Numbered from the stretch's first letter, positions 18,548 through 29,397 are shown. The stretch: 64,000 bases of DNA from Kiritimatiellia bacterium (GCA_040767085.1 JAXGPF010000004.1:192001-256000), one strand, 5' to 3'. The notes: generated by a model not told the origin, from the sequence alone. Program-made: numbers and translations.

Positions 18548-19680
18548 TGCTTCTCCGTTGGCGGCCTTGTGCTGGCCCGCTCCATGATAGACGCCTGAAA
18601 ACGCGTTTCCCGGCCGCCGCAATCAGCGTCGTTGAACAAACGCGTAATTGCGCCGCCCAGGGTTTCCCAATTAAAATCAAAAGCGCTCAAAGCCGGACGC
18701 AGGGCGCTGTTTTCCGGCAGATCGCGGTAAACCAACACGGCCACGTCCCGGGGGATGTGCAGCCCGGCGCGGCCGGTTAAAACCGCGTAGGCATCCGGCG
18801 CCAATTCCGCCGCGCACAGCACCAGGGCGTCAAAGCGGACGCGCTGCCACAGGTCGAAAATCATGGCCGGCCGGTCGCCCGGGGCATTCGGATCGTATTC
18901 GCAAAACTGGACGGAATCAAAATCCAGGCGGCAGGACTCCAGGCCGGCGATGAACCCCTGGCGGAACGGATGGTCCGGCTGGTCGGGCACGCGTTTAATT
19001 GCCGCCAACCGGCGCCGGCCGCCGGCATGGAGATGCTGCACCGCCTGCTGCATCGCGGCCTGCCGGTCAATCACCGCCACCTTCCATTCCGCCTGGCGGA
19101 CCAGCCGCCAGTTTGCGGGATGTTGCTGCTCGTACTGGGATGAAAGATATACGCCGCGCACCCCCCGCTCAATCAGGAAAGGAATGATGCGTTCATACCA
19201 GGCGCCGCTGACGAAGACATTCGCGCCGCGCGGGATGCGTTCCAGCAGGGGCCAATCCACCAGTTCCGGGTTTTGGGATATATTGACGCGGTTGGCGCGC
19301 AGCACTGGCAGCGGATGTACCATTTGCCCCGGCCCCGCGGCGCGGATCGCGCCGGCCAGCATGTGCCGCAGCATGACGCTGGTTTCATGATTCAGCGTCA
19401 GGTGTCCGGCATGGGGCACCAGGAAATAAATCGTGTTGTCCCGGCCGGCCCGGGGCGGGCGGACATATGTGCCATCGCCGTGCCGGCATTCCAGCAAGCC
19501 CTCCTGCTCCAGCAACTCGCAGGCGGTCTGCGCCGACCGGGCGCTGACTTTGAAACGCACTGCCAATTCGCGAATGCTCTTGATGCGGTCGCCGGGCCGG
19601 AGTTTGCCCGATAGAATATCCGCCCGCACCGCGTCCGCCACCAGGCTGGACTTGCGTTTGAGTCTTTTGATTGACTTCAT
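18544..19680 (-). CDS. GntR wHTH regulator with LacI-type periplasmic-binding-fold C-domain
   Basis: ILSGKLRPGDRIKSIRELA.RF.VS...LEQEGLL..RHGDGTYV; C-terminal IPRDVAV...PALSAF...IMERAST. Confidence 0.88.
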   Translation of the reverse strand: MKSIKRLKRKSSLVADAVRADILSGKLRPGDRIKSIRELAVRFKVSARSAQTACELLEQEGLLECRHGDGTYVRPPRAGRDNTIYFLVPHAGHLTLNHETSVMLRHMLAGAIRAAGPGQMVHPLPVLRANRVNISQNPELVDWPLLERIPRGANVFVSGAWYERIIPFLIERGVRGVYLSSQYEQQHPANWRLVRQAEWKVAVIDRQAAMQQAVQHLHAGGRRRLAAIKRVPDQPDHPFRQGFIAGLESCRLDFDSVQFCEYDPNAPGDRPAMIFDLWQRVRFDALVLCAAELAPDAYAVLTGRAGLHIPRDVAVLVYRDLPENSALRPALSAFDFNWETLGGAITRLFNDADCGGRETRFQASIMERASTRPPTEKQ

Positions 19681-19685
19681 GACAT

Positions 19686-19741
19686 AATACACTAGAATAC
19701 TGCCCGTGGGGTAAACGTAGCATAATTCCGCCGCACGTCAA
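19686..19741 (-). promoter_or_regulatory. promoter plus operator box 1
   Basis: TTGACG-N16-TACGTT (TG-extended); box AATACACTAGAATACT (plus strand) at 19686-19701. Confidence 0.7.
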
Positions 19742-20163
19742 TGCCTAAACGGGGGCATCTGCCGCCGCCGAACGGCCGCTGGCGGGTTGATCCGGTCAAC
19801 CATGAATACCTGCCGCTGTATGAAAAAGCCGGCGGCATGCAAGAACAATTCGAAGCCGCACTCGCCGCCTTCCGGGCCAAGGGTCTGGCGGAAGACCTGC
19901 AAGCGAAGGCAATCAACCCGAACTGCATCGCCGGCGTCACCGGCCGGGGACCTGCGCGAAAGTTTCCCGGAGCAACAAGCAGGCTTGATTTTACGTCCGC
20001 CGGACAGCTTCATGAATGTCCGCCGCGGGAGTCCCCAAGGCCGGGACATCTTGAGCAGCGAATGGATTTCGCAGCCCTTGGCTTTGCCCGCGGACTTCTC
20101 CAAGACTCCAGCGTATGCCATCACCGCGGTGGCCGGCGGCGCTTGCGCGCCGGACATTCATAA
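19741..20163 (+). CDS. possible hypothetical protein or gene fragment
   Basis: The first half (HEYLPLYEK...INPNCIAG) looks coding; no SD and no motif. Confidence 0.25.
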   Translation: MPKRGHLPPPNGRWRVDPVNHEYLPLYEKAGGMQEQFEAALAAFRAKGLAEDLQAKAINPNCIAGVTGRGPARKFPGATSRLDFTSAGQLHECPPRESPRPGHLEQRMDFAALGFARGLLQDSSVCHHRGGRRRLRAGHS

Positions 20164-21285
20164 TTTTATCCGGCCGGCCCGCAAATCTTCCAGCAGCCCG
20201 TCATAACGGGCGCGATCCACCGGCAGGGTCACCTCCCGCTTTTCGATGGCTGATAAAATCATGGCATTGGCCCACTCCACGGCGTGCAGCCCCTCCGCGC
20301 CAGGCGCCAGCAGGCTGTCGTTGGGCCGGTCGTGCAAGATCGCATCGCACCAATCGCGGAAAACAATCTTATGCCCGCGTTCCTGTTCCGGCACCTCCAG
20401 CTTGTGTTCCGTAAATGAAACCTGTGCGCCGATGGTGGACGCTTCCCGGATCAACAGATCGGAAGGCTGGCCGAATTCCCGGAAAACCAAGCCGGCGCCG
20501 TCAAAAAACAGCGCCCCGCGGGTGCCAATCACTTCCACCCGCGTGATGCCGGAGACCTCGCCGGTATTGGCGTAAAACCGGCAGGGAAATCCGGCGGCGA
20601 ATTTTATGCGGGCATCCACTTCGTCCTCCGTCTCGATGGCATGAAAACGCGTGCCGATTTCGGCGGAGATGGCGCGCGCCGGCCCAAACCACCAGTAGAG
20701 CAAATCCAGGTCATGCGGCGCCTGATTCATCAGGAAACCGCCGCCTTCTCCGCGCCACGTGCCCCGCCACGTCTGGGAATTGTAATAAGCCTGGGTGCGC
20801 AGCCAGTTGGTCCACACCGTGTCCACCCGTTGGATTTGGCCGACGCTGCCCCGGGCAAGCCAGTCCTTGATTACTTGATTGACGGCCGTGGTGCGCTTGG
20901 AATACATAGTGCAGAACTTCACCTGGGTCTTGCGCCAGGCGGCAATCAGGGCGTCCGCCTCGGAGACGGCGACGGTAATCGGCTTCTCGCACATGACATG
21001 CAGATTTCTGGCGAAGGCATAGCGGCTGATTTCCGCGTGGCAGGGATGCGGCGTGGCTATCGCCACCGCGCCGCACAAACCGCTGTCAATCAGCTGCCGG
21101 TAATCGGTGAAACGCTTGACCGCCGGACTGAGCCGTTTCTTGTTTTCCGCCTCGGTAAACCTTGCCGGCACGATATCGCAGACCGCGGTCACCTGCGCCT
21201 GCGGCACATCCTCCGTCAGGGTTTTCAGATGCCCCTGCCCCATCGTACCCAGACCGATGATGCCTATCCTGACTTTTGTCTCCAT
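20158..21285 (-). CDS. Gfo/Idh/MocA-family oxidoreductase
   Basis: IGIIGLGTMG Rossmann fold, HVMCEKP, GGGFLMNQAPHDLD. Confidence 0.92.
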   Translation of the reverse strand: METKVRIGIIGLGTMGQGHLKTLTEDVPQAQVTAVCDIVPARFTEAENKKRLSPAVKRFTDYRQLIDSGLCGAVAIATPHPCHAEISRYAFARNLHVMCEKPITVAVSEADALIAAWRKTQVKFCTMYSKRTTAVNQVIKDWLARGSVGQIQRVDTVWTNWLRTQAYYNSQTWRGTWRGEGGGFLMNQAPHDLDLLYWWFGPARAISAEIGTRFHAIETEDEVDARIKFAAGFPCRFYANTGEVSGITRVEVIGTRGALFFDGAGLVFREFGQPSDLLIREASTIGAQVSFTEHKLEVPEQERGHKIVFRDWCDAILHDRPNDSLLAPGAEGLHAVEWANAMILSAIEKREVTLPVDRARYDGLLEDLRAGRIKL

Positions 21286-21408
21286 GATCCTGTTTGACTC
21301 CTCTCTTGGTTCCTCTGGGGTATGCCCCTAAACTTAAACTTGACGGATCGCACCCGCCGTTGCCACCGCCGGCCGGGCGGCGAGCGGCGCCGGCCGCCGC
21401 GCGTCCAA

Positions 21409-23931
21409 TCATTGACCGGAGAATTTGCCGGCGCCGGCGATGTATTCCTCGGACTCTTTCCAGTACGCCGCCGATTCCAAGGGTGCGTCATCAAGCTGCC
21501 AGTATTGCGTCATCTTGCGCTCGCGCGGGCGCGGCGCGGCGCCTTGCTCGCGCAGGTAGCGCGCCAGGGCCGCCGGCTCAATCGCCGCCGCCGGGCGGAA
21601 GGCATCGGACGCGGCGTAATCCAGGATGGAATCGAACAGGGCGCGCGCTTCCGGCAGATCCTGGTTCAACCCGGTAAAGTTCAACCCGGTGACGAACAGA
21701 CGCCCCGGCCCGACCCTGACTTCGAAGGCGTAGGCGAAATTGCGCATGGTATATTCCGGCTGGAGTTCCGACAATTGATATGTAAAAACATCAAAGCGAT
21801 CCCGTACGGGACGGTCCACCCCGCGCATGATCGGCTCCAGCTTCACGGGGAAATTATCCAGGTTGATCTTGTCGCAATCGTTGATCAACGCGTGAAACTG
21901 CAGATCGGCAAAGCCGTCATGCGGCAGGCCGGCAAATGAAGGATGCGGTTCAATGATCGCCCCGCAATTGTGGCCGCGATCCCAGATCACGCCCTTGAAC
22001 CGGTCCCATACCGCCGGCAGCCAGTACTGCTCGCGCGGCGCGGCCTGGCGCCGGTCGCGCGTTTCCGGCACGCGATACAGCACCAGGGCGTCGCCGCCGC
22101 GGGCCAGATGCGCTAATAATGCAGCGCTGAACCGGTTGACGATCAGCAGCCCGGCCGGATCGGCCAGCGATCCTTGCGGCCGCAGCCGCGGGCAATGCGC
22201 CGCCAGTTGTATTTCATCGAGCGCAATGGTGCAGTTCACCGGCGCGCGGGACGCCGGCGGCGGGGTACACCAGACTTGCCAGTCGTTTTCCGCAATCCGG
22301 CGGCCGGCGCCGTCCTGCAGCCACAGGCACAGCTTCAAAGCCAACGGCCGGTCGGCCGCCGGCAGAGTCAGTTCCAGGGAACAAATTTCGCGCAAGCCGC
22401 GCGCGCGCAGGTCAATCCCCCGCAAAATGCCGCCGCGCAATGGTTCCCGGGCGCCCGGCCGGGCCGTGTCGTGCAAGGCAAAACCGAAATCCGCGGCACC
22501 CGGGCCGCCGGCGGCATAATGCGAAAGCCACACGGGAATTTTCAACGTCCCGCCCGCGCGCAGGACCCGCCGCGGCAAATCCGCCAGCAGCACGCTGTCG
22601 CCGTTGAATTTCATGAATTCCGCGCGATCCACCCCGGCTGCATCGTCGAAACAATCCAGGATGCCGTTGGAATTCTCGTAACGGTCGGTATCCGAGAGCT
22701 GCAGGAAATGGAATCCGCTGAGCAGCGGGCTGCGCCGGGCGGCTTCCAGCGCCAGCTTCCAGCTGATGAACTGGAAGCGTTTGCTTGCCGCGCGCAACCG
22801 TCCGTAATCAGCCAGTTGCCCCTTGGCCGCCGCCAGTTTCCGGGTCGCGGCCAGCCACCAGGGCGGCGGGACGCCGTGTTTCTGGAACTTGGCGTCCAGC
22901 GCGTCCAAATCGCGCCAGGCGATGTAATGGCAGACTTCATGCGCCAGCACCGGACGCTCCGGACGGATGGCGCGGGTGATGGTATATGCCAGGCCGTCCG
23001 CCGCGCCGGATGCGGTCAACTGGTTGCCCTGGCACGATCCATAAATCAGCCAGTTATAAGTGTTGTCAAACATGTCGTAATCCTTGCCGAAGGGATAGTA
23101 ATACGACATATGCTGAACATCGAAGTCCACGTAAGTGCGATCATATTCGCCGTGGGCGCAGGTGTCAATGAACAGGCGGGTCGGATCCAATTCCCGGGTC
23201 ACCGCGGCGATATGCGCGATAAATGGATTCTTGCCCGGATGCTTGATTTCATTACCGATGCAATAGGCCAGCAGCGAAGGATGGTTGCGCAGCCGCAGGA
23301 TGACGGCGCGCCATTCCCGCTCGTCGATCACCTCGTTGTCATCGCGCATCGCGCGGCGTTCCTTCTGGTAGCGCCCGTAATATTTCCGCGCTTCCAGATG
23401 GATGAAGATTCCCAAACGGTCGGCCACTTCGAAACATTCCTCCGGCGGCACCGTGGAATGGAACCGGATCAGGTTGAACCCGTAGGCCTTGGCCGCCCGT
23501 ATGTTTTTCTCGTAATACGCCGTTAAGGACAGATTTTCCAGATTGGGGTGATCGTGCGCCGCGCGCCCGCGGATATACCCGCGGGCGTAAAATTTCCGGC
23601 CATTGACCAGGATATCGCGCCCGGCCGCCCGGATGCTCCTCATTCCGAAGCGGACCGCGCAGGACTGGCTGCGCCCGGCAACATCAAGTTCCAGCGCCAG
23701 TTCGTACAGGCACGGATGATCCAGGCTCCAGGGCCGGCAATCCGGTATGGACGCCCAAAACTCCACCGATCCCGCGCCGGCCGTTGGCACGGCGCCGGAC
23801 GCGACAGCCCGGCCCTGATCCATGATCCGCCATGTACCGGCCGACATGCCCGCGGGCGCGGTGAACGATACGCGCGCCCCGCCAGCCTCCAGATCCGGCG
23901 CCACGAATAAATCCGGCAATTCCTGCTCCAC
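21409..23931 (-). CDS. GH2-like glycoside hydrolase (Ig domain + TIM barrel, no N-terminal jelly-roll)
   Basis: WSLDHPCLY, FGMRSI, GFNLIRFH, RNHPSLLAYCIGNE (acid/base), RPVLAHE; GTG start with AGGAGG SD. Confidence 0.8.
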   Translation of the reverse strand: MEQELPDLFVAPDLEAGGARVSFTAPAGMSAGTWRIMDQGRAVASGAVPTAGAGSVEFWASIPDCRPWSLDHPCLYELALELDVAGRSQSCAVRFGMRSIRAAGRDILVNGRKFYARGYIRGRAAHDHPNLENLSLTAYYEKNIRAAKAYGFNLIRFHSTVPPEECFEVADRLGIFIHLEARKYYGRYQKERRAMRDDNEVIDEREWRAVILRLRNHPSLLAYCIGNEIKHPGKNPFIAHIAAVTRELDPTRLFIDTCAHGEYDRTYVDFDVQHMSYYYPFGKDYDMFDNTYNWLIYGSCQGNQLTASGAADGLAYTITRAIRPERPVLAHEVCHYIAWRDLDALDAKFQKHGVPPPWWLAATRKLAAAKGQLADYGRLRAASKRFQFISWKLALEAARRSPLLSGFHFLQLSDTDRYENSNGILDCFDDAAGVDRAEFMKFNGDSVLLADLPRRVLRAGGTLKIPVWLSHYAAGGPGAADFGFALHDTARPGAREPLRGGILRGIDLRARGLREICSLELTLPAADRPLALKLCLWLQDGAGRRIAENDWQVWCTPPPASRAPVNCTIALDEIQLAAHCPRLRPQGSLADPAGLLIVNRFSAALLAHLARGGDALVLYRVPETRDRRQAAPREQYWLPAVWDRFKGVIWDRGHNCGAIIEPHPSFAGLPHDGFADLQFHALINDCDKINLDNFPVKLEPIMRGVDRPVRDRFDVFTYQLSELQPEYTMRNFAYAFEVRVGPGRLFVTGLNFTGLNQDLPEARALFDSILDYAASDAFRPAAAIEPAALARYLREQGAAPRPRERKMTQYWQLDDAPLESAAYWKESEEYIAGAGKFSGQ

Positions 23932-24040
23932 GTCTTCCTCCTGGCAATTCCATCATGCCGCGCCTGTCGCGCGCCGAGCTCCCGCAGCATATGCGCGGCG
24001 TATCAACTCCATCCCGCCTGGCCCCGGAACAAACGCGGTT

Positions 24041-25060
24041 TCATTTAAAACCCAGTATGTCCAACCTTGCCGGTTTCCAGATGCCGCCGGCGCCCAGGCT
24101 GTTCAGCACGCGCACGGCAACCAAATTCTCCTCGTTCCAGCGCAGCCCATCCGTGACATCCAGGTGAAAAGCCTTGTTCCAGCCGCTCGGCCCCAAATCC
24201 TGGCCGCCGGCATACACGCCATTCACCCAGACCCAGGCGCACTCATCCACGCCTTCAAACACCAGTTCCGCGGCCAGCAATTTTTCCGGCCGCGGCGGCG
24301 CGGCAAACCGGCCCCGGTACCAGGCCACGCCCACGTGCTCCATGTCCCAGGGAGCGCCGATCCTCGCCGGGATCCAGCCCGCGTCGTCAAAGCTCGGGTC
24401 AAACCACTTCCGCACGTGCCCGTCCGGCGCCAAATCCGGATGAAGCCGCCAGCCTTCCACGGGCAAAGGCCGGCTTTCGATGACGAAAATACGTTCCAGG
24501 TGATCCGCCATGTCCGGCCGGTGGCGCACCGGGACGACATTGCATTCCGGCGGCTGGAAAGCCGCCAGCAATTCCGCCGTGATCTTGCGGACTTCCGGGG
24601 CTTCATCCCGGGCCACCCGCTCCATCAAGGCAACCGCGGCCGGCTCCCGCGGCTCGATCGCCACCAGCAAACGCGCCGCCATGACCCGCACATCCGTCTC
24701 CGGATCGTCCAGCGCCTTGGCAATGTACGGCAGCGCCGCCATGCCCGGGGGCGTCCCCGCCAAGGCCAGCAGGGCCGTCCGCCGCACCACCAGGTCGGAA
24801 TTATCCATGGCCGCCAGCAGCACCGCCGCCGGCGCGCCGCTTTCCGCCAAGCCGCGCGCTGCCGCCCGCCGCACCAGCGGACTCTCATCCTGCAACCCCC
24901 GCTCCAGCACCGGCAGCCCTGCCGCTCCCTGCGCCGCCGCGTCGTTCATTTGAACCCGGCGCGCCGGCACTCCGCCGGTATCCGCGATGCTCATTCCCAC
25001 CCAACCCGCCAGGAATGCCGCGGTTACCCCCGCCATGTTGATCCTTGTTTGCACTGACAT
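24041..25060 (-). CDS. HEAT-repeat protein with C-terminal GH2_N-like sugar-binding domain
   Basis: LQDESPLVRRAAARGL-type repeats; GVAWYRGRF, FEGVDECAWVWVNG, NLVAVRV, GGIWKP. Confidence 0.78.
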   Translation of the reverse strand: MSVQTRINMAGVTAAFLAGWVGMSIADTGGVPARRVQMNDAAAQGAAGLPVLERGLQDESPLVRRAAARGLAESGAPAAVLLAAMDNSDLVVRRTALLALAGTPPGMAALPYIAKALDDPETDVRVMAARLLVAIEPREPAAVALMERVARDEAPEVRKITAELLAAFQPPECNVVPVRHRPDMADHLERIFVIESRPLPVEGWRLHPDLAPDGHVRKWFDPSFDDAGWIPARIGAPWDMEHVGVAWYRGRFAAPPRPEKLLAAELVFEGVDECAWVWVNGVYAGGQDLGPSGWNKAFHLDVTDGLRWNEENLVAVRVLNSLGAGGIWKPARLDILGFK

Positions 25061-25136
25061 CCCCCGTTTATCAAGCTTGCCAGCGGCATCCCTGACCGCG
25101 CCCGATGCGCCAAGCGCGGACGCCGGCCGGCGCGCA

Positions 25137-27701
25137 TCAATACACAAATTTCGTTTCAGCCTGTCGGCCGGCCGCCAGTTCGCGGACCCGCACGGTCCAT
25201 TCCCCGCGCCGGTCGTTTTCCGCCAAGTTGAGTTCGACTTCCAGTTCGCCATCCCGCGCACCGTAATACCCGCTGAACTCCGCCTCCTCGCCCGCCGGAT
25301 CCAGGATGCGCATCTCCACCGGCGCCACCGCCGCCACCGGCGCCCCCTGCCCATCCGTCACCGCCGCGCGCACAATCACCCGCCGCTCATCCGGATGGCG
25401 CGCCGCTGCCACACGCACCGCCTCGATCGGCCGCCCCGTGATCAGGTACAGCCGCCCGCCGCCCGGACCCAGCCGCGTCTCCCATGAAAGTTTGCCGGCG
25501 CCGGCATCCGCCGGCACCGCGCGCCTTTCGGTCAAGTCATACACGTATCCGGCCGGGCGGCGCACGCTCAGCCGCGCGGAACACTCCAGCCCCCGCTCCA
25601 TCACCTTCCGGTACTGGCCCACGTAATCGCCGTACTCGCGCCGGTCATTGATGGCAAACACGTAATCGGCATCCTTGTGCGCGCGCCGGTATACCAGCAC
25701 ATTCGGATCGGAGGAGTCCGTGTACCACGCGTACACCGGCGCCAGGTCCGCGCGCAATTGCGCGGCCATGGCCTGCAACCCGGCCTTGTTGCGGTCCGGC
25801 GCGCCGCCCGGCGCGCCGGCTGGAATCAAAATATCCGGCGTCAGCGCCGGCGCCAGGTTGCGATCCGCCACCACCACTCCGCCCCGGCGCTGAAAGGCCT
25901 GAATTTGACCGCATACTCCCGCCGGCAAAGCCGGACAATCCGGCAGCACCAGCACCCGCACGCCGGCCAGCCCGTCGCGCAGGATCGTTTCCTCGTACAC
26001 CACCCGGGGCTGCAACCGCGCCCATTGCAGCATCTGGTGCGCCGATCCGGCCCAGCCGCGCGCCCACCCCCAGGTCCACTGGCCGCCAAAGATGCCCGAC
26101 GTGAAACTCTCCAGCAGGGCCACATCGCATGGCGCATTCGTCACTTCCAGCAGGGTCGGCCCCAGCGGCAGCGCCGTATCGTGCAGCAATTCCGTCAGCA
26201 CCCGCAGCGTCTCGGGATTGGTCAGACGCTGCTGGTCCCCGCCGCCCCAGAGCACCCCGCTGCCGTAATACATGATGCCGCGCACCGGGCGCGAGATTTT
26301 CAGCCAGAACGCCTCGCGCAACTGGTCGGGCGCCGTGGTAATGAAAGCCGCGGTGGGCTCGCTCAGCTCCCATGCCGCCGGCGCAACGGCGGCGTTGGAT
26401 GGCGCCACCTGCTTGCGGTACCATAGCACCTGGGTCATTTTCATCATGTCCTGCCCCGGCCGGCCCGCCGCCATGGCCAGCAATTCATCCGCCGCCAGCG
26501 CCATCCGCGGCGGATCGGGATAGGTGTAGGTCCAATGTGCAATCACATCCAGACCGCCGCCGCTGCCCCATAACGGCGGCGCGCGCACCGCCGGATCGGT
26601 AAAAGTCCAGAATCCCGGAGACAGGCCGGCGTTTTTCAGGCCTGCATGGACCATGGTGTTCAGGTCGTTCCAACCGTCGCCAGTCTTCCAGAACCAGCGG
26701 TAAAAATGCAGGATGAGGTCGTCATCCGGCACCAACCCGTTGACCGGCAAGCAAGCCGGCCCCTGCTTGCGGCCCAACCCGCTTTTATGGACCGCCGCCG
26801 TGGGGATTTCCCGGCCGGCGAATGCCTGATAGGCGGCCAGGTCATGCGGATGAAAGCACAATTCGGTGTCATCGCGGATTTCATTGTTGATGTCGGCGCC
26901 CAGGAAGGCCGGATGACCTCCGCAGGTCAAGGCGACACTCGCTCCAACGTTGTGGCAGAATTCCTGCGCCTCCGGGAACAGCCCGCATAAATTCACCCGG
27001 CGATACGGTTGGCCGTTGCGGTCCAGACGCTGGTACAATTGCATTAGTCTGGCGTCCGCCTGTAAAAAGCGACCGGGATTGACGGTTGCAATCGCCCTGA
27101 TGCCATTGGCCAGAAAATTGTCCAGGGTTGCGGCCGTCATGTCTGGATTGACCGCCAGAGGCGCCCCGGCGCGCCAGACTTGCCCGTACACCCGCGCAAT
27201 GAACATGCAATGATTGAAGCCCGCGGCCTTGGCCTTGGCCATGTCCCATGAATAAGCCCCCCAGAGTACGATGGGCATGACCTGCGGCAGCGGCCGCGGG
27301 ACAAACGTCATGACCGTCTCGGCTTCGGCCGCAACCGGGCCGGACGCCCCGGCGCCGGCCAGCCGCAGCATGACCCGGTATTGACCCGGCTTCCAGGATG
27401 TGTCCAGGGGAATCGCCACAGCCAGAGCGCCTCCAGCCGGCAGGCAGTCCGAGGGCAAAACCGCCGGCAGGGGAAAATCGCCGGCCGATGCCGACAGGCG
27501 CAGATTGGCCACCGGTCCGGCCAGGGCATTGGTAACCTGCCAGTTCAGGAAGGCGCCGGCTTCCATCCGTTGGAACACCGTCCGACCGGCAAGCTCCACC
27601 TGCACGGACGGCGCGGCGGGCTCCGCCGCCCAAAAGTGCGCCGCCGGCCACACCGCGCCCAGCGCCAGCATCAGGCCCACAAACATTTGCCCATGTAACA
27701 C
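25137..27701 (-). CDS. secreted putative glycoside hydrolase (GH42-like barrel + trimerisation-like domain)
   Basis: Signal peptide, GHPAFLGADINNE, class-I-GAT-like VRVLVLPDC segment, Ig-like C-terminus (GEWTVRVREL); start uncertain. Confidence 0.6.
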   Translation of the reverse strand: MLHGQMFVGLMLALGAVWPAAHFWAAEPAAPSVQVELAGRTVFQRMEAGAFLNWQVTNALAGPVANLRLSASAGDFPLPAVLPSDCLPAGGALAVAIPLDTSWKPGQYRVMLRLAGAGASGPVAAEAETVMTFVPRPLPQVMPIVLWGAYSWDMAKAKAAGFNHCMFIARVYGQVWRAGAPLAVNPDMTAATLDNFLANGIRAIATVNPGRFLQADARLMQLYQRLDRNGQPYRRVNLCGLFPEAQEFCHNVGASVALTCGGHPAFLGADINNEIRDDTELCFHPHDLAAYQAFAGREIPTAAVHKSGLGRKQGPACLPVNGLVPDDDLILHFYRWFWKTGDGWNDLNTMVHAGLKNAGLSPGFWTFTDPAVRAPPLWGSGGGLDVIAHWTYTYPDPPRMALAADELLAMAAGRPGQDMMKMTQVLWYRKQVAPSNAAVAPAAWELSEPTAAFITTAPDQLREAFWLKISRPVRGIMYYGSGVLWGGGDQQRLTNPETLRVLTELLHDTALPLGPTLLEVTNAPCDVALLESFTSGIFGGQWTWGWARGWAGSAHQMLQWARLQPRVVYEETILRDGLAGVRVLVLPDCPALPAGVCGQIQAFQRRGGVVVADRNLAPALTPDILIPAGAPGGAPDRNKAGLQAMAAQLRADLAPVYAWYTDSSDPNVLVYRRAHKDADYVFAINDRREYGDYVGQYRKVMERGLECSARLSVRRPAGYVYDLTERRAVPADAGAGKLSWETRLGPGGGRLYLITGRPIEAVRVAAARHPDERRVIVRAAVTDGQGAPVAAVAPVEMRILDPAGEEAEFSGYYGARDGELEVELNLAENDRRGEWTVRVRELAAGRQAETKFVY

Positions 27702-27747
27702 GATGCAACCCTTCCCTTGAATCCGCCAATCAACGCGCCCGCGGCCA

Positions 27748-29397
27748 TTACCGCACCGAAAAAATGGTGCCGGCATGGGGCAGCAGCCGCTCGTAACATC
27801 CGATATCCACGATGTCGTACAGAATCCGAGGCGCGCCGTCCAGATCCACGGCATCCTCCATCCAGGCGCGGTTGGCGCCCTGGTTGATGCAGGACGATGC
27901 CGGGTGCAGATGATAATTGAGCGATGCCGGCGCAACGAAAAGCGGATCGGAAGTAATAGTGCCGACGGAATACGTGGCCGGCGCGCCGGACAGTTCCGGA
28001 GCCAGGCAGCAGTTGGTGAAGGTGATTATATCGCTTTCTACCAGGTAATAATTCCGGGTGGCCGAATCGGGCGTCGAATTAGAATTGCCGTAAATGATGG
28101 TGTTTTCCAACAAATGTTTCCGGGTGGTGTTGCCGCAATACACCCCGCCGCCATACTGGCTCTTGGCATAATTGCCGGCAATCGTGCAGTTGAATATGTA
28201 GGTGTCGTGAGCCGCGGTGTCCGTGCAATGAATCCCGCCGCCGCGGTAATCGGAAAACGAAGCGCTGTTGTTGACGATCAGGCTGTTCCATACCTGCCCG
28301 CCCAGCATCAGAATCCCGCCGCCGCGGCGGCTGGTGTTGTCCATTATCTTGCTGTTCCTGATCACGCTGTTGAGGCGCGACATGTAAACCCCGCCGCCGC
28401 CCTGGTTGCCGCCGCCGATGCCGGGGCAGGTATTGCTGACAATGACACAGCCGCTAATTTCGCCAACGGAATACAACGCAATTCCGCCGCCGTATTCCCG
28501 GCTGTAATTGCCGCTGACCACGCAATTTGAGAAAATATTGTATGACCCGTATTGCGCACCCGCCCCGCCGCCGTAGGTGTGTCCGTAATTGCCGGTTATC
28601 CGGCAATCATTGAACACGGCGCAGCGGGGGTATGCCCCACCGCCCTGATCGCCGGCCCAGTTTTCGATAAAATCGCAATCGTCAAAAAGGGTCGGGCGGA
28701 TAGTGCCCTGATGGTAAGCATGCATACCGCCGCCGTCGCCCGTGGCGACATTGGTCTGAAAAGTGCAGCCCGCCACGACAAAATGTTCCGCATTGCTGCC
28801 GATGAAATACGCCCCGGCGCCGTTTTCCGCCCGGTTGGAAACAAAAGTGCAGCCGTAAACCAGGTTGGTGCTGTCGGATGCGTCCAAGTTCGCGCGGTTG
28901 AAATACAACCCGCCGCCATTGACCGCCGCCTCGTTGTTGGCCAGCACGCAATTCCGCAGTTCGCCGTTATGCATGTACACGCCGGCGCCGGCGGGATCAG
29001 CCGGCGCGGCGTAGCCGCCGGTGATATAAAGATTATCCAGGAGCCCGGTGACCCCGGCGGAAAAATAAAAACAGCGGACCGCGCCGCCGCCGTCCACCAC
29101 CGGCTGCCCGTTCGTGCCGCGGATGGCAACCTGGCAATTGACGGTCACCTGCCCGTCCAGCAGGTATGTCCCCGCATCCACCCAGACGGTGTTGTCCGGT
29201 TCGCCGGCGGCGTCTACATAATCCACGGCCGTGCCGATGTTGGTCGCGGCGTTGGCCCAGGTGTTGTACGGTTCGGCGGGATTCACGCCGGGCGTGCCCG
29301 GCTCGACCACGTAAACCACCGCCGCCCATCCCGGACCACAACCAATCCCTATGCTCATACAAAGCAGCGCGATGCAAGCAGCTTGACGATGCGACAT
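27748..29397 (-). CDS. secreted right-handed beta-helix protein with choice-of-anchor-Q-like C-terminus
   Basis: AAGGAG SD, signal peptide, GGG/N repeats, YHLHPASSCINQG...DLDGAPR...DIGCYE, tail GTIFSVR. Confidence 0.85.
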   Translation of the reverse strand: MSHRQAACIALLCMSIGIGCGPGWAAVVYVVEPGTPGVNPAEPYNTWANAATNIGTAVDYVDAAGEPDNTVWVDAGTYLLDGQVTVNCQVAIRGTNGQPVVDGGGAVRCFYFSAGVTGLLDNLYITGGYAAPADPAGAGVYMHNGELRNCVLANNEAAVNGGGLYFNRANLDASDSTNLVYGCTFVSNRAENGAGAYFIGSNAEHFVVAGCTFQTNVATGDGGGMHAYHQGTIRPTLFDDCDFIENWAGDQGGGAYPRCAVFNDCRITGNYGHTYGGGAGAQYGSYNIFSNCVVSGNYSREYGGGIALYSVGEISGCVIVSNTCPGIGGGNQGGGGVYMSRLNSVIRNSKIMDNTSRRGGGILMLGGQVWNSLIVNNSASFSDYRGGGIHCTDTAAHDTYIFNCTIAGNYAKSQYGGGVYCGNTTRKHLLENTIIYGNSNSTPDSATRNYYLVESDIITFTNCCLAPELSGAPATYSVGTITSDPLFVAPASLNYHLHPASSCINQGANRAWMEDAVDLDGAPRILYDIVDIGCYERLLPHAGTIFSVR

